A stretch of 64,000 bases of DNA, taken from NCBI RefSeq assembly GCF_036321535.1, contig NC_087437.1, positions 82,586,001 through 82,650,000 on the forward strand, in the 5' to 3' direction. The position numbers and the translations under genes are program-made. Source of the stretch: Camelus dromedarius. Lineage: Eukaryota. The notes below the pieces were generated by a model. That model worked only from the letters and a program-made list of their open reading frames with translations, was not told the origin of the DNA and ran no database searches. Numbering within the stretch: the first letter of the stretch is position 1; every line of letters starts with the position of its first letter. This document shows, one piece after another, positions 13,306 through 24,745 of the stretch.

Positions 13306-14114
13306 TGTCTCTCGCCAACCTTGCCTTCCTTTATGCCTTGCCAACACATACGAAGACTTTGCCAGCTTTTCCCATACACCCTCTTCTTTAAACCAACCTT
13401 CACTCTCCTAAGGGAGACACAGGATGCAAAGTGAGTGAAATCAACAACGTGTTTGACATTTATTGAGATTTGACACCTGCGACTGTATGTGACAGCAGTC
13501 CTGATGTTCAGAGAATGCTGCCTTCTGGACTGAAAACGAGCCACTTCCAGCATGGTAAAAAGAGAAGGAAAGTGAGTTTCAAGGGAGGCTGTCCTACTTT
13601 TCCAGCTGGCTAGTCACCAGCAATTCTTACCTGCTGGAGTGTTAAATAGGGGTAAAGGTAAAATCTTTAAGGTCAACAGGGCTCAACTCCAAGGGAAAAC
13701 AGAAAAGCTAGTTTCTTTTAAAAAATTTATTTATTCTAGAAGGAAACATAAAATAAGGCTTTGTTTCTGCTTTGCTGAATGCAGGCTAATGTACTGCCTG
13801 GCTCTGGCTCTGTGACGTTATGTTTTGTTCTCAGGAGCCCTGAGGGAAAGCAGAACTCATAACCTCTCCATGGGTACACCTTTCTACTTAGGGCAAAAGC
13901 TACTAATAATTGTGAACTACATCACCTGTAAGATTAATTTAGGAAGCCATACGGTTTCTATATTTAAGTTCAATCACTGCTTGTTTGAATGTGTGTGTGT
14001 GTTTGTCTGCATTGTTTCAAATAAGTTAAAAAAGAAAATGTAATTTTTCCGTATTCTTTTTTGGTGTTTTCTACAGAAAGACTCATACTATACATAGTTT
14101 TTAAATATGTGTAA

Positions 14115-14540
14115 ATTCATTGACATGCTTCCTTTCCCTCAAATGCAGGCTGGATGGAATGATTCATTCTACTGAGTAGAATGGGGCAGAAGTGATGCTA
14201 TGTGGTTCTGAGACTAAGTAATGAAAAGGATAGCTTCTGCCAAGCTCTTCCTTTCTATCATTTTCTCTGGGGGAAGCCAGCCACTGTTATCATAAGGACA
14301 CTTCAGCATCTCTGGGAGAGGCCAAAGGAAGAGGAACGAAGGTCCCTATCAACAGCCAGCACCAACTTGCCAGCCAATGAGTAACCTCACCATCCTGATT
14401 GCCACATTATCAAAGACCTTGAGTCAGGTCTCCCAGCCAAGCCTCACTCGCAGCAACTATGAGAGATAATAAATGATTATCATTGTTTTAAGCCCCCAAA
14501 TTTTGCAATAATTTGTAACAAAGCAATAGATAACAGTACA
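14115..14540 (+). mobile_element. MaLR LTR (MLT1F/G/H-like)
   Basis: tagaatggggcagaagtgatgctatgtggttctgagacta ... gagagataataaatgattatcattgttttaagccccc...tttgtaacaaagcaatagataac. Confidence 0.8.
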
Positions 14541-14544
14541 CGTT

Positions 14545-14740
14545 GTGTGATCCTCACAACATTTCTGTAAGATAGATACTATTACTGTGGTCAATTTACA
14601 GATGAAGCAAGAGAGGCAGAGAGAGTTTAAGTGGCACGCTCAAGGTTACACAGTGGAGATGTGTAACAAGTAGAGGTGAGACTCAAGCATGGCCAGTCAG
14701 CTCCCAAGTGTGTGCTTGTAACTATGATGCTGTACTACAC
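14545..14740 (-). mobile_element. MIR SINE
   Basis: atcctcacaacatttctgtaagatagatactattactgtggtcaatttacagatgaagcaagagaggcagagagagtttaagtggcacgctcaaggttacacag. Confidence 0.8.
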
Positions 14741-15187
14741 CACATGTCCTCCAAACTCTCCAGCATTCTTCATATTTTATTCAGTCCTCTTTGGCACTAA
14801 ATGGCTGTTTCCTGAAGACTTCTAACTTTCTGATCCAAAGCAACTAAGTGGTTCTTTAGATCTACTGAGCCACTGCCAGCTGGAACTTCTCTTTTCTCTT
14901 GTTTGGATCTGCCTTTCCTGGGCCCCATACCATCCTCTTGGTTTTGAGAATAAAATTTCCTCTTCTCCAAGATCAAGAAAAGACAATACTGATTATTATT
15001 TAGCCCAAGTCATAAACAGGATCCCTCAGAACAGATTTTAAACCTAACCCAATCAATCAGTGGCAGCTTCATTTAAGTACTAGGCCTCTCATGGTTAGCT
15101 AATCAATGGGGCACTTCACTTCAGAATGCTTCTGAAAGTCAGCAGGTCCTTAAGCTCTACCTTCCTCAGGGTCTAGATAAAATCGGC

Positions 15188-15785
15188 ATATATATATATA
15201 TGTATACACACACATACACACATGCATACATACATATATATATGTGTATACACACACACACACACACACGTACTACAACTTCTTTATCCAGTCATCCGTC
15301 AATGGACATTTAGGTTGCTATAATGGAATACTACTCAGCCATAAAAAATAATAAAATAATATCACTTGCAGCAGCATGGATGGACCTGGAGATTGTCATA
15401 CCAAGTGAAGTAAGCCAGAAAGAGAAAGACAAATACCATATAATATCACTTATATGTGTTATATGTGGAATATTAAAAAAAAAAACACCACAAATGAACT
15501 TATTTACAAAAGACACTCACAGACATAGAAAACAAACTTATGGTTACCAGGAGGAAAAGTGAGTGATAAGGAATAAATTGGAAGTTCAAGATTTATAGAT
15601 ACTAACTACTATATATAAAATAAACAGCAAGGTCCTACTGTATAGCAAAGGGGCTATATTCAATACCTTGGAATGGTCTATAATGAAAAGGAATATGTAT
15701 ACGTGTATAACTAAAGCCCTATGATGAACACCAGAAATTAACACAGCATTGTAAATTTACTATACTTCAATAAAAATTAAAAGAA
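15188..15785 (+). mobile_element. Young L1 3' end with inverted 5' segment (twin-priming geometry)
   Basis: Antisense L1 piece 15270-15318 (caacttctttatccagtcatccgtcaatggacatttaggttgc) abuts sense piece 15321-15785 (aatggaatactactcagcc...tatacttcaataaaaattaaaa). Confidence 0.8.
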
Positions 15786-15829
15786 AGTAAAGTCCACTCT
15801 TTGCTGTGTTGACAGACTACATTCCACAT

Positions 15830-16900
15830 CTACAATTCAGCTTCTTTACTTCGTGTATATATATAAAGAGTGGTTTTTTTCCCTTTGATACTTTTTCACC
15901 CTCTTGAATTGCCAGAGTAAATCTTGGAATAACTCTCTTAGCAAGAGTATGTGGAGAAAAACTTTTGGAGTCCTCATATGTCTGAATATCCCTTTTTCCT
16001 GATTTCTTATTTGACTGATAGTTTGCCTGGGAATAGAATTTGAAGTCAAGTATATCATTTTTCCTCAAAATTTGAAGAGATTACATCACTTTCTTCCAAC
16101 ATCCAGTGGTTGCTGGTGACAACTCTAATTTATATTCCTTTGGAAGTGATTTTTTTCCTCTCTGAAAATGTTTAGAATCTTCTCTCAATTTTGATGTTCT
16201 GAAATTTCAGGAGACTTTCTTAGACACCAGACTTCTTTCATTTTTTATTAACTTCTGGTAGCTATTTTGTGATCCCTTGCAATCTGATGACTTACATCCT
16301 TTCGTCTTCATATATCTCATCAGCAGTCTTTCTGCTGAAAGTTTTAACGTTTAAAATGATTAATTGTATGTATCAACTTGGCTAGGCCCCAGTACCCAGA
16401 TATTTGGTCAAACATTAGTCTAGGTGTTGCTGTGAAGGTATTGCTTTTAGATGAGATAAACATTTAAATCAGTAGACTTGAGTAAACCAGATTGCCCTCC
16501 CTACTGTCAGTGGGCCTCATTCAATCAGTTGAAAGCCTTAAGAAAAAAAGACTGAGTTTCCCCCAAAGAAGAGGGAATTTTGTCTCCAGACTGTCTTTGA
16601 ACTCAAGATGCAACATCAGCTCTTCCCTGGGTCTTCAGCCTGCTGTCTTAGGCTAAAGATCTTGGATTATCCAGACTCCATAATTGTGTGAGTCAATTCC
16701 TTAAAATAAATCTCCCTCTCTCTCACTGCTCCATCCCTCCCCAGCCCTTTTTGTTGTTTTTGCTATTTTTCTCTCTTTTATGCTGCATTTTTCTAATATA
16801 ACTCTGGTTCTTAGTTGTCCATTTGTATTTTTGAAGGAAAAATGACATAAACTGGTGAGTTTCTAATATATATAATTTTTTTTTACTCCCCAAGGGGGCT
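15830..16900 (-). mobile_element. Ancient L1 ORF1 remnant interrupted by an MLT2 LTR
   Basis: tttgactgatagtttgcctgggaatagaatttgaagtcaag...ttttcctcaaaatttgaagag resembles antisense old ORF1 (ORF track FYSQANYQS). Confidence 0.55.
16355..16730 (+). mobile_element. ERVL LTR (MLT2B-like)
   Basis: tgattaattgtatgtatcaacttggctaggccccagtacccagatatttggtcaaacattagtctaggtgttgctgtgaagg...gtgagtcaattccttaaaataaatctc. Confidence 0.85.
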
Positions 16901-17125
16901 TAGCTGGAGGGTGTGGGCAGTGGATCCTTCTCAGAGGCATACAGGTATTTAATACTGTTTCCCCTCCATCTCTCCCTCTTCTCCCATTGGGTAACCCAGT
17001 ATAGTTTCCTAGCAGAAGGAGGAAAAGGGGTCCTCTGACTGACCATGATTATATATCCTCAAAGTCTTTTTACCCCCTTTCTTAATGGACACTGACTTTT
17101 ATGATTAAAAAGCTGAGAGTATGAA

Positions 17126-17344
17126 TTTTTAATTGAAGTATAGTTATTAACAATGTGTTAGTTTGTGGTGTACAGCATAGTGATTCAATTATACATATAT
17201 ATGATATATGTATTCTTTTTCATTATAGGTGATTATAAGATATTGAATATAGTTCTGTATGCTACATAGTAGGACCTTGTTGTTTATTTTCTACATAGTA
17301 GTATATATATGTTATCTGCAAATCCCAAACCTCTAATTTATGAA
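17126..17344 (-). mobile_element. Short L1 3'UTR insertion
   Basis: ttttaattgaagtatagtt...ggtgtacagcatagtgattc; TSD TATGAATTTT at 17120-17129 and 17345-17354, followed by AA. Confidence 0.85.
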
Positions 17345-20300
17345 TATGAATTTTAAATTATCTAATTGTGCTATAACAACATTTCTTTGAGGCAGTGGAT
17401 ATCTCGTGCCTATTTCGTATGTCAAGAGCCACAGGGCCGTAAATAAAAGCATTATTGGGAGCAGTGGCAAAAAAAACCCCACATGGTTATTAGATCAAAA
17501 TATCACCCCAACCACAGCATTTGCAGACACAGAATAAAATAGAGATAGTACAGTCTTCTCCACTTCACCTTTCTGGCATCTAGTTCTTTCAATGCTGCTG
17601 CTTACAAGATGCCAGTTTGCAAAATTTTCCATTGTAATGCTATTGTTGGTTACTTTCTGGCCAGACTTATAGTGACAGTAGAATATAATTCAAGCTTGAT
17701 TTTCCCTTACTGAAAATACAAGAGCATCATCCAGTGGCAAAACTGTAACTGCAAAATTTTCAGTTTACATAGACATGGAGGAAAATGTATATTTTCCTAG
17801 TGAAATATTCAGAAAAAACTGTAGGGTTCAGACCCAGTGCTTCCAAAGTATCCTAGATCTGTCTCCTGAAAACTTACTCATGCCTTCAAGACTTAAAAGG
17901 ATGAGAATGAGTTGGTATTTCTTAATTATGTCAGTCAGAGCTAAATTCTGAGAGCCAGGGCTGTAAGAGAACCAGGCCATGAAGACACTGACTCCTCTAA
18001 AGAATTGTTATTGTTTCGCCTAGAAACAACTTCTTAGCATGTTCCTCAGGATTCTCAAAGTCAAGCACAAAGCCATTTTTAAGCAATGTGATTAGTTTTA
18101 AACAAAGTTAATAGTCCCCAGCCCCTAGAGTGGTTATGTCTGTAAGTCTCATATTAAAGAGTTAAGTTTTGAAGGTGCACATGCGTGGGGACATATGCAC
18201 ACTTTTTAATTCTCTAATGTTATTATTGGGATAATTATCAGTATTTTAAAGTTTAGCTTGATATGGTTAATGTAATTATATGCAATAGTATTTTATAAAA
18301 TAATAATATTGTTATAATAATAATAATATGCAATAATATTTTATAAAATATTATACAGTGGATTCTGCTGGAAAGCACCGTTGAGCTCAAAAAACACCAG
18401 GCCTCAAAAAGATATGTAGTTCCTCGGAAAATTTTCACTAACCTCACTGTAATATAACAGTAGTTTCACCTAACATAAAAAGAAAAAAAAACATACCCCA
18501 AACCATTTGAAACTCACACAATTTTCTAAGCATAACCATCAGATTCCAATGTGCTGGGAATGTTTACAGTCACTGTGTACTGGGTCACTACTTTGGTAGA
18601 ACTTTAAGGACTGGGGGCAAAATATTTTTGGAAAGACAGTCTGTTTCTCTGAGACTTGTCCTCTGGTTTTCCTTGGTAACTTGGGTGCAGCATGAAAGAG
18701 CTCTTACAACTTCTGAGGTTGCAGAGTAGGGATGGAAGTGTGGGAAATAGTCCAAATGTCTCTTCTAGCCAGTTAATCATCATAAATATTTTTAAAAACA
18801 AAAGTGGTCTACTGTTTGTAATTTCACATTGTAAAACTTAATGTAATTAGCTAGAAGATTCTGGAACAATCATTCTTGAGATGATTCAGTACAGGTTTGA
18901 CCCCTAACCTTCTTCAGTTACCCTGCTGCTTATGTCTTGAACTATCCTCTGATATCTAGGCCAAGAATTAATAATGCCCATGTTTCAGTGAAAGCTTGTT
19001 TAAAAACAGGTCTGTGAACTTTGCACTCTGCCATTTACAGGCTTGTGATTTGGGGAAAATCCTGGGTAAATGAATTCACAAGTGACATAGACATCCCATC
19101 ACCTTCACCTGGATCTTATGTAATTCTGATCTTTACTTGCATTTTCATTTTCCTTCTTTTGGAAAATATTTGAGACATTTATTTGCACCCCTAAAAATGA
19201 TACCTCTGCTATGAAGTTGGTGTTCACATTTGTGATAGCCAGTCTTCCATACGATTCCTATTACTACTGAAACCCTCGTATCTCCTGAAGTTACAGGCAT
19301 GTCATTTCTTTCTATCGGGATGAGGAAGTAGGGGTTCGTGGAATTTCACATGACTCAGCTCCACAACACCATCTCCAGCCTTCTTTCCCCTTCTCCTAGT
19401 GATATTACTTTTGTAGTTAGCCTGACATTTTCCCATTTTCACAGAGAATCTCCTGACTCAATCCTTTTGTTGCTTCCTCCTTTGTAAATCCTTCTGAAAG
19501 TTTATATATTCAGTTACCATGCTGTGAACCTTTCATTGTGCTCTTTTCTAGAAAATTTCATTCCTCACTTCACCACCAGAAATGATGGGAAATAGGGAAC
19601 AGTTTGGGTGCAATAAAGAGCAGCTAGCATATTACTAAGTCTGTTATAATCCCATTATAAAGATTCATGGGTAATTTCTTTCATAAGAACGATCGCAAAA
19701 CATAGAATTTAATACTGTGACTCATTAGTTTACTATTATGTAAATTATTTTATTAGCATTTATTTACTTAAAGTCAGGAACCTGTAGAGATTAATTTAGG
19801 GAATGACTCTCTTTGGAAGAAAATAATAAAACATTCATTAAGATGGCAGTATTTTATATCCTTATATCTTTTCCTCAAGTATTTGAAGAATTACCCCTAT
19901 TAGTCATTTCATTGGTGTCCATAGACTTCTTAGTTCTCAGTTATTTACTAAGTGGCTAATATATGATATGTATTGTCTTAAGTACTATATAAAATGTAAA
20001 GCAAGTATTTTTCCTCTAAATCATGGAATAGTTGAGAAATTGAAAACTGTAGCGTCAACTCTATACAAAATAAAAGAAATGCACAGAATCAGTCCCATAC
20101 AAGACAAAAAAGATAAATAAAGAAGTTCTGGATAAAAAGCTGTATGGTGAAATCCAAAACAGTTGATGGATGGAGCTTATTGGGATGAATTTTTATACTG
20201 AAAGCATTTTAATAAGGATGGTCTAAAAGAAAAAGAAATTCTTCCAAGCCTGAAATTACTGGAGCCACCTTAGAAAAATCGTAATTCTCCCCCATCTTCT

Positions 20301-21349
20301 TGGAGATCTGATGAAGTGCAGACTTTGATGAAATATCTTTGGCAATGTCAGTGACATAGGCAATTTTTCAAATTAAACTGGAGATGAGTCAGATTAAAAA
20401 TAAATACAGCATGTGTGCCAAGATACCCAGGCCAAACTACCCATTTTCATGTGTAAACAATAGGATAGGCACAGTAGATTTCAATTTTTAAGTTGTTAAT
20501 TGAACTGACATTGTAGAAGAACTCACTAGCTATGTCCTATTATAAAGAATATATTTGAGTGCACAAAAAATATGGCAGTTGAGCAGAGGGAAAATGCCTA
20601 AATAAATGCCCAGATGCTGCTTCTGCATTACCACATTCAGATTCAGGGATGTAAATATACATGTTCATAACTGGATGATACCTAATTTTAGTGAATCTAG
20701 TTAAGGTTTCACAGTTTTCAGTTAAATGTGCCTGCCATCTTCAACAGAACTTGTACTTAAAATTATAGCCAGTGAGTGTATACACAGTAGGTTGCTAAGT
20801 CAGTAGTTTTATTAATACTTCTCATTATATTTTCTACATTCTTTTTCAATTATTTCTCCAATTATCTACATTAGAATCACTTACAAATTCACTGGAGGAA
20901 GTAAAATTTAAGCTGAAACCTGATGAATGAGTGAAAGATGGAAAACAGCAAGCAAAAGAGAAAGAGATATCTAGACAAAGGCAATGACAGATATGAAAAA
21001 AAACCAGATGAGATAGAACATATAACATTAAGAGACTGAGATTATTTGAATACTGCTGGACTACAGAGTTTAAAAAGATGAAAGAATGATCCTCAATATA
21101 GCTGAGCATACAGAGCTAGAATGTAGTAAGATTTATAAAACAAGTTAAGGGGTTAGGACTTTATCTTTTTAACCATTGCTTTTAAGTGACATGAGCAGGT
21201 TTGTACTTTTAAAAGATCATCCTGGATGATGTGTAGAAAATGGACCAAAGTTGAAAATAGCAGATGTATGAATGCTAATTAAGAGAATGATGATGGTAAT
21301 TCCCTGAACAGGGGTAAAGGCAGCTGGAATGTTTTCTCTATACTTTTTG

Positions 21350-21595
21350 CTTCTTTCCAATGGATGAACAATGGACCCTGAAACAACCGAGCATTGACCA
21401 TGGAGACCACAGCAATGCCTTATAGCATGGTGAAGCAGTGACTGAGAAGAAACCTACATCCTTGGAGCAAAGTTTCCCACTACCCTAAAGTATCTACCTT
21501 GGACTGTTAGGTGACATTGAAAAAATTTCTTTGTTCTTTAAGTGATTGGACTTTATAGGGTCTCCGTGTTACATTAGCTTAATTTTCACCCTACA
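21350..21595 (+). mobile_element. Old ERVL/MaLR LTR fragment (LTR16/MLT1K-like)
   Basis: ctaccttggactgttaggtgacattgaaaaaatttctttgttctttaagtgattggactttatagggtctccgtgttacattagctt resembles such LTR 3' ends. Confidence 0.45.
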
Positions 21596-21712
21596 AACTC
21601 TAGAGTGGAAGTAATTGCTCAAGGAGAGTGTATGGAAAGAAATGAGAGAACCTAAAAACATCAACATTCAAGGAATGTGCAGAGGAAAAAGAACATCAAA
21701 GGACACTGAATT

Positions 21713-21891
21713 GGGGAGGGTATAGCTCAGTGGTAGAGTGCATGCTTAGTATGCACGAGGTTCTGGGTTCAATCCCAAGTACCTCCACTAAAACAACAAA
21801 TAAATAAGTAAACCTAACTACCTCACCCCAAAAAACAAAAAAAATTAAAAATAAAAATAAAAGCTTTTTTAAAATGCAAAATAAGTTTTTA
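21713..21891 (+). mobile_element. tRNA-derived SINE (camelid Vic-1-like)
   Basis: GGGGAGGGTATAGCTCAGTGG (A box)...GGTTCAATCCC (B box), A-rich tail; degenerate TSD aaaggacactgaatt 21698-21712 / aaaagacactaaact 21892-21906. Confidence 0.9.
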
Positions 21892-22364
21892 AAAAGACAC
21901 TAAACTGTTAGGGAAGAAGGAAAATTAGAAGCTAAAGGAAGAATATGTTTCAAAAATGGTGTCAAAAAGTAAATGATAAGGCAAAATAGGAACTGAAAAA
22001 TGTCCATTGGATTTGGAAATTGAAAAGGTAATTGATGACTCTATTGATGGGATAGAAGAGATGTGACAGGGGAGTTCAGTATATTATCAAAAGAGGACTA
22101 GAGAGACACCACAGAAACTAAGCAGAATGAAAAGGACATATAACACAGAAGTGGCATATGGACACAGAAAAGAATCCAGTGTCAAATGGCACACAGAAGC
22201 TCTGAGAGTAATTAATTGATTTAACCAAAAGAAAGGAAACTTGAGGTGAGAGTGTGGTATGTATGAATTTTACTTTCAACAGTTATGTTTTGTATTAAGA
22301 GAAGTTCTAAGAATACGTATTATTACGTAATGCATTTCAGTTATGTCACTTTTTAAGGCTATGT

Positions 22365-22810
22365 GGAAACTTCTGCTCCTAGCCATGATTTGGTTTCAGA
22401 CTTAGTCTCCTATTACAAGCAACTATAAAACTGGATGAAGCTACATTTCAGTTGTTTGTGGTATGGGCAGCAAGCAGTGTATTCTGTGATCCTTGAGAAA
22501 AAGAGAGTATGAGATTTGAGCTTTACATCTGCCCTTTCTTCCTAGGGCCACTTTCATGACTGCAGTAGTTGGTAATGCCCAAGTCGGAGACAGCACTCAG
22601 TGAGCAGAGGAGGAAGACGTAAGAGTTTGGCTCTGCTAATGTGGCAGAAATGTGTGGGGTTAAGGTGCCAATGAGGTAAAGACTCCACAGGGAAGAAGCA
22701 GTGTTCTACATGAGTGTTACCCTCAGGTCTAAAGGATGGGCTCTGCATGGGCAGAAAAAGTCTTAGATGTTAGTAGAGAGAACCTGCTACTGAGATGAAA
22801 TATGAAGAAA
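22365..22810 (+). mobile_element. Old L1M 5' end fragment
   Basis: acttctgctcctagccatg...aagcaactataaaactggatgaagctac...gggcagcaagcagtgtattctgtgatccttgaga, similar to the 5' end at 23090. Confidence 0.55.
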
Positions 22811-23089
22811 ACCATGTTACATAGTGTTTATGGGCAAATAGATTTGTAATGAAAGTATTAAAATATGTTTAAGAAACATACACACTGTTTCCCTCTAATA
22901 TAGAAGAGAAAAAAATAGACTTGAGGTAAATAAAGCTTTAACTACATCCATAACATTTTTTCTTTCCTATTAAATGCTCTGAGCCGTAAGAGTAAAATAG
23001 TTTTTAATCTGGTTAAAGTGGGTGTATCTTCGTATAATTTTTTGTGGACTTGAAATAGACCCTAATTTAAAAATGTAAAAATCAGTTAT

Positions 23090-24745
23090 GGATTTCTTCT
23101 GTGGGTCATAACAAAGTGACAAATATTGGACCTAACATGCTGTAAACAATTAGGAACTGACAAAATATATGAAGCAACTTCTTTCAAACTTCGGGCAGTG
23201 GGCAGCACAGAATGTGATGATTGAGAGAAGGAAAACAAAGTATGCCCTACAATTGCTCCAATTTTCTACCTAAAGGCAGTTTCCAAACCACAGATATGAG
23301 GGCAGGGGTGGGAGCACAAGAAGAACACAGTGGCCTCACGGAACTGAGGAGATGAAAATCACTGTTCAGGAAGACTGAGATGGTTGGAAATTGTAGCACA
23401 GAGTTTCACGAAGGAGAGACATATTCACAAAAAGCTCCAAAAATGTGCATAGCAGCTCCCTTGAGTCTTTCTTGAGTATTAAAGCTGGATGTGATTATAG
23501 TGAAACTTCACAAAGCCAGGCAAAGAACAATTGGGAAGTATAAGATAAACAATTCCTAGTGTTTATACAAGAAGAAATTGAGCTCTGACATCAAAATGGA
23601 GAGCCCTTAGAGATAAACCAGGTGTTCAGTGAAGACCCCAGAAGTATGATACCTTGAAATTAGAGTTGAACTACCCGTGGAGACTGGAGTACAACTCTAG
23701 ACCTGCCCTAAAAATCTTAAAAATAGACCTAAAAATGGTCCAACTTATCAACAGGTAATTTAACTGCCTGTCAGAACAAAGTGAAACACTCTTCAAGGAA
23801 GACATTGAAATCTACGTACTTGGATGCATAATATTCGTGCAGTCCAACATCCAGCAAAAAATTAGTAGACATGCCAAGAACCAGGTAATTGTGACCCATA
23901 GCCAGGGAGAGAAATCAGAAAAAAAAAAAAAAAGTGTCAGGACTAAGAGAACTAAAAGAAGAGGTTAAGAAAAACTACTATAGGATGTTCAAGTGTTTAA
24001 AAGATAACATGAACATAACGAGGAGAAAAATATACTTTAGAAAAAAGAACCATGGAACATCTAGAGATGAAAAATACATGAAAAAATAAAATGTTAGAAA
24101 TGAAATTTTCTGGTATCTGACTGGTATCAGAAGTTTCAACACTAAAGAAGAAATGATCAATAAACTTAAAGTCAATAAAATATAATCTCTCCAAAATCGA
24201 AGCAAGAAAAGAAATGTGGCTGGGAAAAAAAGGAACAGAGCACCAGTTACACATGGGACAATATCAAGCAGTGTTAAACACACACACACTACAAACACAC
24301 ACACATATACAATCACACAAAGGCGAATCATAATCAAATTGCTGAAAACCTGTGAGAAGGCAGACTTGAGTAGATATTTCTTCAAGGAAAATGTACAAAT
24401 GGCTAATACTATGAAGCTACGATGCTCAAGACAATGTGGCACTGGTATAAAATTAGACATATAAATCAATGGAATAGAATAGAAAGTTCAAAACCAGATC
24501 CATACATATTTGATCAGTTATTTTCAGCAAAGTTGCTAAAGTAATTCATGGGGAGAGTTTTTCAACAAATTCTGTTGAAACAATAGGATACCAAGATGGA
24601 AAACAATGAAGTTTAATCTTCATCTCACACTATCTGCAAAAATTAAATTGAAATATAGATATAATTGTAGAAGCTAAATCTATAAAACTTCTAAAAGAAA
24701 CTGGAAGAAATCTTCATGATGTTGAGAAAGACAAAGATATTTCAG
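23090..24745 (+). mobile_element. Old L1 (L1MD-like): 5'UTR, ORF1 remnant and rearranged ORF2 pieces
   Basis: aaaatatatgaagcaacttctttcaaac (5' end); atcataatcaaattgctgaaaacc (ORF1); caagacaatgtggcactggtataaaattagacatataaatcaatggaatagaatagaaag (ORF2). Confidence 0.75.

Larger units (their letters stand above)
20880..22060 (-). mobile_element. Fragmented L2 interrupted by an LTR fragment and a SINE
   Basis: ggaggaagtaaaatttaagctgaaacctgatgaatgagt; ttaggactttatctt; aaaagatcatcctggatgatgtgtagaaaatgga; aggaactgaaaaatgtccattggatttgg. Confidence 0.65.

Noticed and set aside
18278..18350. 25-bp AT-rich direct repeat (24/25 identical, period 48)
   Set aside because: Two copies in low-complexity DNA; simple slippage duplication, not an array.
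21713..21790. tRNA gene
   Set aside because: The A/B boxes belong to a SINE head with A-rich tail, TSD and a second copy at 29436-29620.
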